The notes under the pieces are model-generated. The model was not told the origin of the DNA and ran no database searches. It saw only the letters and a list, made by a program, of their open reading frames with translations. DNA of 42,387 bases from Polyangiales bacterium (GTDB taxonomy: Bacteria; Myxococcota_A; Polyangia; Polyangiales; Houyiibacteriaceae). Position numbers and translations under genes: made by a program. The DNA lies in the NCBI GenBank assembly GCA_035686645.1, contig DASRZF010000378.1:1-42387 (forward strand), read 5' to 3'. This document shows, piece by piece, positions 35,730-42,387 of this stretch (position 1 is the stretch's first letter; the number at the start of each line of letters is the position of its first letter).

Positions 35730-37418
35730 ATGGACGACTCAGCTCATCAGAAGCCTCCCGCTCGACGCAGCCTGGAACCGCGGGTTTCGTCTGTGAAATC
35801 GATCGTGACTCCGCGGCGGAGGGCGGCGGAGGGTGCAACGCTTCAAGACGTCCTCGAGTCGCTGAATCAGGCGCAGCGCGAAACGAACGGATTCGTGACT
35901 GACGAGAAAATCTTGCGTGCGTACGTTCACGCGCTGGAGAGACTCTACCCCAACATACGTTTCGCGATGCGACTGTCCCCCCGCAACTTGGAGCGTGCTT
36001 CCATCATTCAAGCCACCACTCACCGCGTCAGCCCGGACGCGATGGACGTGCTTTCAATCACCGAAGCGGGACTACGGCGCGCGGGGTGTGCCGACACGCT
36101 GGAGCCGCCAAGCGAAATCGAATTGCGACGAACTTACGAGCCGATCCTGCTCGCCGGGCCAGACGAGGAGTCGCTCCCTGCCGATGGCTTTGACGCACCG
36201 CTCTTGCGTAACGACATCGTGTTCGGCGTGCTCGCTGTCGAGTTCGAGCGTGGAACGGACCTCCCCTCGCGACTCGAAGATGCGGTGCTGATGACAGCCA
36301 CTCAGGTCAGCGCGGCGATCGAGATTGCACGACTTCGCCGCGAATCCCTGCATCTTCGCGACTATCTCGAAAAACTTCTCGAGCACGCCAACATTCCAGT
36401 GCTGGTGATCGGCCGCGATCGGAGCATCAGGGTGGTCAGTGGCGCATTTGGGCGAATAACCGGATTGGATCGCGCCGATTTGGTCGCGAAAGACGTCTTG
36501 CAGCTCGCTGGCCAGAGCGAACGAGTGCGTGTTCTGTCGGCCTTCGTGAGCGCGCTGCGCGGGCGGGACGTGCCGCCGTTCGAGCTCAGACTCCCGAAGG
36601 CTGGAGGCGGAAACGCGCGCCTTCAATTCACACTCGCACCGATCGTCGATTCCGAGGGCAGAGTCGCCGGCGTCATCGCGATCGGACGAGACCGAACCGA
36701 AGTACGGGAGCTCGAGGGGCAAGTCATTCATGCTGAGAAGCTGGCGACGCTCGGCCAACTTGCGGCGGGGATCGTGCATGAGATCAACAATCCGCTAACG
36801 AGCATCTCGGTCTACGGTGAGTACCTGTTGAGCAAGCTCTCTCGAACCGGTGCGGAACAGTCTGATTTGAACCGAGTGGAGCGCATTCTCCGAAGCTCCG
36901 ATCGCATCATGTCGTTCACTCGCAACCTCCTGACGTATGCGCGACCATCGAAAGAGGAGCCCCAGCCAGTCTCCCTGAACGACGTCGTTGAAGAGGCCGT
37001 GGTCTTCTGCGAGCACATCGTTCGTGAAGCGGGAGTCGAGGTCTCGTGCGACTACGGAGAACAACTCCCCGCTGTGAACGCCGTGGCCGGACAGCTACAT
37101 CAGGTTTTCGTCAATCTCATCACCAATGCGTGCAATGCGGCGCCAGAAGAAGGCGGCTTTGTGCGTTTGGCAACGCATCTTCACGGTCACGATCGAATTC
37201 ACGTCGAAGTCCACGACAACGGCGTCGGCATTCAACCGTCGGAGCTCAGCAGGGTGTTCGAGCCATTCTTTTCGACCCGCCGCAAAGGCAAGGGAACTGG
37301 GCTCGGTCTTTCGATCGTAAAGAACATCATCGAAGAGCACCGGGGCAGCATCGAGATCCAGAGCGAGGTCGGCAAGGGCACCACCGTCCTGGTCACGCTG
37401 CCCTGCCTAGACATCTAA
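35730..37418 (+). CDS. Sensor histidine kinase (GAF-like/PAS/HisKA/HATPase_c)
   Basis: 562 aa. H-box AAGIVHEINNPLTSI, N-box FVNLITNACNA, G1 HDNGVGI and G2 GKGTGLGLSIV. It starts 3 nt after the preceding stop. Confidence 0.88.
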   Translation: MDDSAHQKPPARRSLEPRVSSVKSIVTPRRRAAEGATLQDVLESLNQAQRETNGFVTDEKILRAYVHALERLYPNIRFAMRLSPRNLERASIIQATTHRVSPDAMDVLSITEAGLRRAGCADTLEPPSEIELRRTYEPILLAGPDEESLPADGFDAPLLRNDIVFGVLAVEFERGTDLPSRLEDAVLMTATQVSAAIEIARLRRESLHLRDYLEKLLEHANIPVLVIGRDRSIRVVSGAFGRITGLDRADLVAKDVLQLAGQSERVRVLSAFVSALRGRDVPPFELRLPKAGGGNARLQFTLAPIVDSEGRVAGVIAIGRDRTEVRELEGQVIHAEKLATLGQLAAGIVHEINNPLTSISVYGEYLLSKLSRTGAEQSDLNRVERILRSSDRIMSFTRNLLTYARPSKEEPQPVSLNDVVEEAVVFCEHIVREAGVEVSCDYGEQLPAVNAVAGQLHQVFVNLITNACNAAPEEGGFVRLATHLHGHDRIHVEVHDNGVGIQPSELSRVFEPFFSTRRKGKGTGLGLSIVKNIIEEHRGSIEIQSEVGKGTTVLVTLPCLDI

Positions 37419-37508
37419 GCCTCTGGAATTACGAACTTTCCAGGTAACGTTGGGCAGCTTTGCACCTATATTTGGAATCAAGCCGCGCCCTCGGAGGTTA
37501 GGCAGTCC

Positions 37509-38915
37509 ATGGGAGGTATGTGCATGTTCGGAACCACGTTTCGGCGGCCCTGGGTCATCGCCCTGGCCGCGACTTCGGCTATCGCCATCGCTGGTGGCGC
37601 TTTGGCGTCGCCCAAGAAGCAGCTCATCGAAGATGACGTCCTCGAGCGGGCGCTCGCTTTCGAGACTGCGCTGACGAGCGTCGCTGAGGCGGTCTCGCCT
37701 TCGGTCGTCAGCATTCAAGTCGAGGTGACCAGGCCCGAAGCCAACGGCATCCCTTTCTTCTTCGGCGGCCAGAGTGGCAGCGGAATCGTCCGTGGGGGCG
37801 GCTCCGGCGTCATCGTGCGATCGGACGGTTACATCCTCACGAACAACCATGTCGTGAACGGGGCCAACCGCATCGACGTCCGCTTACAGAACGGCAAGAG
37901 CTTCCAAGCCAAGCTCGTTGGAGCGGACTCTGCAACGGACCTCGCTATCTTGAAGATCGACGCGCGAGGTCTGCCCGAAGCCACGTTTGCCTCGTCGGAG
38001 GACGCGCGGGTCGGTCAGCTCGTCATCGCAATCGGCTCGCCTTTCGGGCTCGACTACACCGTGACGACCGGAGTGCTGAGCGCGAAAGGTCGCGACGGGA
38101 TCGGCGCCAACGAGATCGAGGACTACCTGCAGACCGACGCCAGTATCAACCCTGGGAACTCGGGTGGACCCTTGGTCGATCTTCGGGGCAGCGTGCTCGG
38201 CATCAACACGATGATCGTTGGGCGCAACTCGGGTATCGGCTTTGCAATACCATCAGAAATCGCGCAGCGCGTGGCCAGCCAATTGATCCAGAACGGCTCG
38301 GTAAAGCGCGCTTGGCTGGGTATTTCATTCCAGGAGATCACTCCGGAGCTCGCTGCCCACTTCGGAGGCGACTTCGAAGGCGGAGCGCTCATCAACGCGG
38401 TCGTGCCCGACGGACCGGCCGAAAAGGCTGGGCTTCAAGCGGGTGACGTCATTACGGCCATCGGCGACCAGAGGATCCAAGAAGGTCACGAGCTCTTGCG
38501 CACCGTCCTTCGCCAGGGTGTCGGTGAGCGAGTCGTGCTGGAGGTGCAGCGCGGAGGCAAGACGAGCAAGGTCGCGCTCGTGACCGGTGCGCGGCCGAGC
38601 GGGAACGAGCCCCAGTCACTACAGCAAGGTACCGAGGACGACGGAGTGCTCGGTCTGGCGCTGGAGGATCTCACCCCAAACCTTCGCAAACGGTTTGGGT
38701 ACGAAGGTGACGGGCGCGTTTTTGTCCGCGGAGTCAAACCCGGATCAGACGCGGATCGGGCTGGACTTCGCCCCGGTGACATCATCCTGCAGGCCGATCG
38801 AGAGCCAGTGCGCTCCGTGGCCGATGTTCGCACGGCGCTCAAAGACGGTCAGGCGTTGCTCTACATCGAGCGCGAATCCCGACGGTTCTTCCAACCGATC
38901 GCTCGCTCGAAATAG
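37509..38915 (+). CDS. Do/DegP/HtrA-family periplasmic serine endopeptidase with two PDZ domains
   Basis: Signal peptide. TNNHVV (His), DLAILKI (Asp) and GNSGGPL (Ser). PDZ segments AEKAGLQAGDVITAIG and ADRAGLRPGDIILQAD. Confidence 0.9.
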   Translation: MGGMCMFGTTFRRPWVIALAATSAIAIAGGALASPKKQLIEDDVLERALAFETALTSVAEAVSPSVVSIQVEVTRPEANGIPFFFGGQSGSGIVRGGGSGVIVRSDGYILTNNHVVNGANRIDVRLQNGKSFQAKLVGADSATDLAILKIDARGLPEATFASSEDARVGQLVIAIGSPFGLDYTVTTGVLSAKGRDGIGANEIEDYLQTDASINPGNSGGPLVDLRGSVLGINTMIVGRNSGIGFAIPSEIAQRVASQLIQNGSVKRAWLGISFQEITPELAAHFGGDFEGGALINAVVPDGPAEKAGLQAGDVITAIGDQRIQEGHELLRTVLRQGVGERVVLEVQRGGKTSKVALVTGARPSGNEPQSLQQGTEDDGVLGLALEDLTPNLRKRFGYEGDGRVFVRGVKPGSDADRAGLRPGDIILQADREPVRSVADVRTALKDGQALLYIERESRRFFQPIARSK

Positions 38916-38917
38916 CG

Positions 38918-40492
38918 CTATCGCGCTATCGTGATCTCGATCGCGGGGCCGCGCGCTTCGACCCGGTATGCGGGGTGGCGCCCCGCAACGAATCGAACCG
39001 TCAGCTCGGAGAAGTCCCCGCGATTGAGAATGCTGGCGTCTTCGACATCGGGATGTGCGCTGGCGATGGGACCCGCCCGTGAGAGTGAAAGACTGCTAGG
39101 AATCGTGACGGAAAACCCGTCCGTTTCGATGATCCCATCCATGAGCGTCACCGGATTGCTCATGCGCAGCACGTACTTCTCGCCGCCTGGCACAGCATCT
39201 GCGCCGAACGCGATACCGCGAACGCTTTTCGGAGGCAGCGGTGCGCCCTGAGCTTGGAGTTGGGTGGCCTCGATCGGAGCCGCGCTCTCGGTCTTGGTCG
39301 GGGTCTTCGTCCCCGAAGATGCGCCCGTCCCTTTCACGCTCTTGGTTGCCTCGACTGGCAACTCATCTACCTCGGTCGTGGCCTCTGTCACCGCCTCGTT
39401 GTCCGTTCCCGAGCTGGCGGCTGCCCATAGATAGATCCCCCAGCCGGCTGCCATGATCCCGCATGCCATCGCTGCGACGATCAGATACCGGCGACGGTCT
39501 CGCCGAGTGTTCTTGAGATGCGCGCGGGCAGCCTCACTGCGAGGCACCTGCTTGCGTCGCGGCTTGTCGTCGAGCCTCGAGCGCAGCGCCGCGATGAATC
39601 GGCCTGCCACCCCGAACATCTCTTTCGCACTCGAAGCGGCGCGGGGAATTAGCCCCTGGGTCACGGCCATGCGGGCGCCGCCAACACTGCTCGCGAGCTG
39701 ATCCGCAGCGGATTTCGCGTAGGCGCGGAGACGGTCCAAGGCGGGCTCGGACCCGGGCTCATCTGCGGCGGCATCATAGCGCACGATCCGGGGCGCATCG
39801 TGTATCCGTTCTTCCCGAGGTCGCGGGGCTACCTGAGCCGCCGCGGGCATGTCCTCGGGAACGGTATCCCGGTCTGCACCCTCTTCGGATACGCCCATCG
39901 CCGGATCGACCTCGTAGCCGATGCTCAGCACCAGCTTGGGGGTCTTCTCATCCATCTTGAGCTCCACGGCCTCGAGGTGCCCGCGGCGTCCCGCGCTTTG
40001 ATTGAGCACGGTGCTCCCAATGGCCAAGAAGGGAAGTGGCTGCTCCACTGAGAGCGCGGTGCGTGTCTCCGATCGGATCTCGGCCATGATGGGAGAGCCA
40101 ACTCCGTCCAGCTGCAGTTGCACGATCGGTGCCTTGGCTGTGGTGCGGCCCCAGCGCTGAATCAGTGCTTCGATGCGCGACTGGTCGTCATTCGAAAGAT
40201 GGGTAAATCGAATCCCGAACTCGCCCACATGTGGACCGCTCTCGTGTGCCCAGACGACCCGGCCGATCATTTCGATCGCCTCTCCGCCCGTGGGGTTGTC
40301 CAATTGGCAGCGCAGCGAAGAACCCACCTCCGGCACGACCGAGGCGCGCATCGAGAGTCCACCAGCTCCCATATTGATACCGTCGGCCTCGAACTCTTGA
40401 TGGAAGCCTTCGGGGTGGAGCTTGATCAAAACCTCGTCGAGTGGCACGCGCTGCTGCCGAGGTGCTTGATAGTAACCCGCGGATGTGTTCAT
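38918..40492 (-). CDS. PilZ-like domain protein with a central TM helix and a C-terminal AMIN-like domain
   Basis: 524 aa. N-terminal PRQQRVPL...DGINMGAGGLSM...GRVVW...GIRF has a PilZ-like beta-barrel pattern. TM helix YLIVAAMACGIMAAGWGIYLWAAA. The C-terminal ~100 aa (EKYVLRM...FSVTIP...LTVRFVAG..PAYRVEARGPAIEITI) resembles an AMIN domain. Confidence 0.7.
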   Translation of the reverse strand: MNTSAGYYQAPRQQRVPLDEVLIKLHPEGFHQEFEADGINMGAGGLSMRASVVPEVGSSLRCQLDNPTGGEAIEMIGRVVWAHESGPHVGEFGIRFTHLSNDDQSRIEALIQRWGRTTAKAPIVQLQLDGVGSPIMAEIRSETRTALSVEQPLPFLAIGSTVLNQSAGRRGHLEAVELKMDEKTPKLVLSIGYEVDPAMGVSEEGADRDTVPEDMPAAAQVAPRPREERIHDAPRIVRYDAAADEPGSEPALDRLRAYAKSAADQLASSVGGARMAVTQGLIPRAASSAKEMFGVAGRFIAALRSRLDDKPRRKQVPRSEAARAHLKNTRRDRRRYLIVAAMACGIMAAGWGIYLWAAASSGTDNEAVTEATTEVDELPVEATKSVKGTGASSGTKTPTKTESAAPIEATQLQAQGAPLPPKSVRGIAFGADAVPGGEKYVLRMSNPVTLMDGIIETDGFSVTIPSSLSLSRAGPIASAHPDVEDASILNRGDFSELTVRFVAGRHPAYRVEARGPAIEITIAR

Positions 40493-40624
40493 CGAATGCT
40501 CTCCTCAGCGACCGGTGAGTCGCCCCCATCAGGACTGGTCCCAAAACTCCGCGAACCCGTCCACTTTTCTGCAACCCGCTTCCTTGACCCATTCGCGACC
40601 GGACCCCAGTCTTGGCGGCTACCC

Positions 40625-41281
40625 ATGGGCGTGCGAATCACGGTGCAGTCGCTTTGGACGGGGGCCGACGCCTCCGCCTTGGTGTACGAGTTCACGCAAT
40701 CTCGAATCGTGATTGGGCGCTCTCGGAGCGCAGACGTTCAGCTACCCCACGCCGCAGTCAGCGGAAGTCATGCGATCATTCGTGAGCAAGACGCCGGCTA
40801 CGTTCTCGTCGACGAGGGCTCGACGAACGGGACTCGCATCAATGAGGTCCTCGTCGTCCCGGGACGCCCCAAAACCCTTCGCAGCCGGGACCTCGTCGAC
40901 CTCGGCGGCTATCGGCTTTCCATCGATGTATGCGTTCCGGTATCGCAGCCGATGTCGGCGAGGCTCACCGCCGACCATGCAAAGCGGATTCTCTCGGAGC
41001 AACTCGGAAGCACGAATGCGGACGAGATCGACGCCGAGCTGCGCGCGATCCAGAGCGGTCCCGACGAGCATGTCGAGCTGCTGCCGATCACTGGAGAACG
41101 GGTGAGCGAGGCTCCGCTCCCGAGGGAGTCGCGTCCTTCCAAGCCTCGGGAATCGAGACCTGAGAGCGGACCTCCGCCAGAGCCCGTTCGACTCGCGCGA
41201 AGCGAGCTCGCCGTCTACGCGCTTGCCTCCGTCGTGATCACGATCTGCATCGTCGCGATGGCCTTGCTCATGAAGCACTAG
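40625..41281 (+). CDS. FHA domain protein with a C-terminal TM anchor
   Basis: Start at MGVRITVQS (ATG 40625). [25 protein letters not shown]...[14 protein letters not shown] is an FHA domain. C-terminal [22 protein letters not shown]. The upstream part of the track ORF is antisense to the PilZ gene and was trimmed. Confidence 0.8.
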   Translation: MGVRITVQSLWTGADASALVYEFTQSRIVIGRSRSADVQLPHAAVSGSHAIIREQDAGYVLVDEGSTNGTRINEVLVVPGRPKTLRSRDLVDLGGYRLSIDVCVPVSQPMSARLTADHAKRILSEQLGSTNADEIDAELRAIQSGPDEHVELLPITGERVSEAPLPRESRPSKPRESRPESGPPPEPVRLARSELAVYALASVVITICIVAMALLMKH

Positions 41282-42042
41282 GCGTTGCGCAGATAGATGA
41301 GGCGAAGCCCTTCTAGAGTCAGGAACTCGTCGATTTCGTCGATCGTCTCGCTGTCGGGCTCGATGAGACTCGCGAGTCCGCCGGTGCCGATTACGGCGAC
41401 CTCGGACTCCATTTCGGCAGCCAGACGCCGGACGAGACCATCGACCAGGCCGACGTAGCCGAAGACGATGCCTGCCTGCATCGAATGCACGGTGTTGCGA
41501 CCTATGGCCCGCGGCGGCCGCGCGATCTCGCTCCGGGGCAACCTCGCGGCACGGGAGAAAAGCGCATTGGCACTGATCTGCATCCCCGGCGCGATCGCCC
41601 CTCCGAGGTATTCACCCTTCTCGGAGACGCAATCGAAAGTCGTGGCGGTACCGAAATCGACCACGATCGCGGCGCCCTTGACGCGTTCGAATGCCGCGAC
41701 CGCGTTGACGATCCGATCGGCGCCCACTTCACGCGGATTCTCGTACAGCACTGGCATGCCAGTCTTGATCCCGGGGCCCACGACCATAATCTCATGATCG
41801 AATGCCCTATCGACGGCTTCGATCACGGTATCGCTGAAAGAGGGGACCACCGAAGCGAGAATGCTCGCCCGCACGTCGGAGCGGTCGACCCCAGCAAGCG
41901 ACAAGAGGTTCAGCAAGAGGACGTGATACTCGTCGCTCGTGCGTCCCTTGGCCGTTTCGATGCGGAAGTCGTGGACGAGGCGTTCCCCGTCGTAGAGGCC
42001 GAGGACGGTGTGGGTATTGCCGACGTCGACGACCAGAAGCAT
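41278..42042 (-). CDS. coaX: Type III pantothenate kinase
   Basis: 254 aa. [40 protein letters not shown] and IGTGG. Confidence 0.93.
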   Translation of the reverse strand: MLLVVDVGNTHTVLGLYDGERLVHDFRIETAKGRTSDEYHVLLLNLLSLAGVDRSDVRASILASVVPSFSDTVIEAVDRAFDHEIMVVGPGIKTGMPVLYENPREVGADRIVNAVAAFERVKGAAIVVDFGTATTFDCVSEKGEYLGGAIAPGMQISANALFSRAARLPRSEIARPPRAIGRNTVHSMQAGIVFGYVGLVDGLVRRLAAEMESEVAVIGTGGLASLIEPDSETIDEIDEFLTLEGLRLIYLRNA

Positions 42043-42387
42043 CTAGCGAGGCCGCAAGGACAGAGTCAGGTCGAGCAGGTCGCCAAAGGTCTTCGCCCTT
42101 GGGAACTCCGGTGGATCGGTGGCGTAGACCACGGGCTGTCCCGTCGGAGCAACGCTTTGAGGTCGAATCGCCTGGGGCCGGTCGCTCGAATGGGCAGCCG
42201 CGGGCGCCGCAGAGGATGGCCGAATCGACCGGGCACGGGGTTCGATCGACAGCGGCCGCTCCACCCTCGGTGGCTGCGACGAGTAGCGGGTGGGGCTGTC
42301 CATCACAGGCGAGGTAGGCGGCTCCAGCACGGGCGAGGACGGCAACTGCGTTGGAAAAGAGCTCGGAAACGGTGTGGCTTGAGCACC
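42043..42387 (-). CDS. Partial CDS (C-terminal end of a Pro/Ser-rich protein; the N-terminus lies beyond the window)
   Basis: The frame stays open to the window edge. The M in the track ORF is a TTG, and the upstream codons read ...GAQATPFPSSFPTQ. It ends ...KTFGDLLDLTLSLRPR immediately before the coaX start. Low-complexity sequence, so coding status is uncertain. Confidence 0.4.
   Translation of the reverse strand, partial: GAQATPFPSSFPTQLPSSPVLEPPTSPVMDSPTRYSSQPPRVERPLSIEPRARSIRPSSAAPAAAHSSDRPQAIRPQSVAPTGQPVVYATDPPEFPRAKTFGDLLDLTLSLRPR

Noticed and set aside
37440-37508. SigmaE-type or sigma54-type promoter upstream of the HtrA-type protease gene (GAACTT and TGGGCAGCTTTGCA strings)
   Set aside because: Neither string has the required partner element at the correct spacing. 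There is no TCnAA about 16 nt after GAACTT, and the GG-to-GC spacing is too short for sigma54.

Overview
This is a high-GC bacterial chromosomal window. The gene content (a Ser/Thr kinase-receiver fusion, FHA, PilZ, TPR, several PAS histidine kinases, Gly-rich lipoprotein linkers) suggests a Myxococcota-like organism, but that is inference only. I support about 41 CDS and one tRNA-Pro(CGG). All family calls rest on motifs read from the ORF translations; no database search was possible.

The backbone is housekeeping: trxC, rpsO-pnp-dut, trxA, a hemX-like/hemA/hemC operon, an ArsA-type ATPase, glmU, rseP, a ThiO-like oxidase, acyl-CoA dehydrogenase, rsmB, murI, an HtrA-type protease and coaX. 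I saw no CRISPR array, transposase, integrase, or recognisable defence or toxin-antitoxin genes.

The parts most worth follow-up:
1. An uncharacterised ~340-aa, 8-Cys YkgJ-like family is present twice. One copy is stop/start-overlapped with a Kv/RCK K+ channel downstream of a DsrMK-like membrane Fe-S oxidoreductase. The other heads an overlapped operon with DUF501 and DUF2752 proteins.
2. PNPase carries a 99-residue tail made almost entirely of R/G/D/E/S, partly encoded by a 12-bp tandem array.
3. glmU has no stop codon at its expected end. It reads about 200 codons antisense through a convergent membrane-protein gene.
4. There are several signalling oddities: a receiver-GGDEF protein with a degenerate A-site but an intact I-site, a PAS/DHp-only kinase fragment next to a complete kinase, a PilZ-like/TM/AMIN-like protein divergent from an FHA/TM protein, and a REC-XRE regulator directly behind the tRNA.
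5. Three convergent gene pairs share a palindromic CTAG stop/stop overlap.

Many long antisense ORFs in the track are high-GC artefacts and were rejected.
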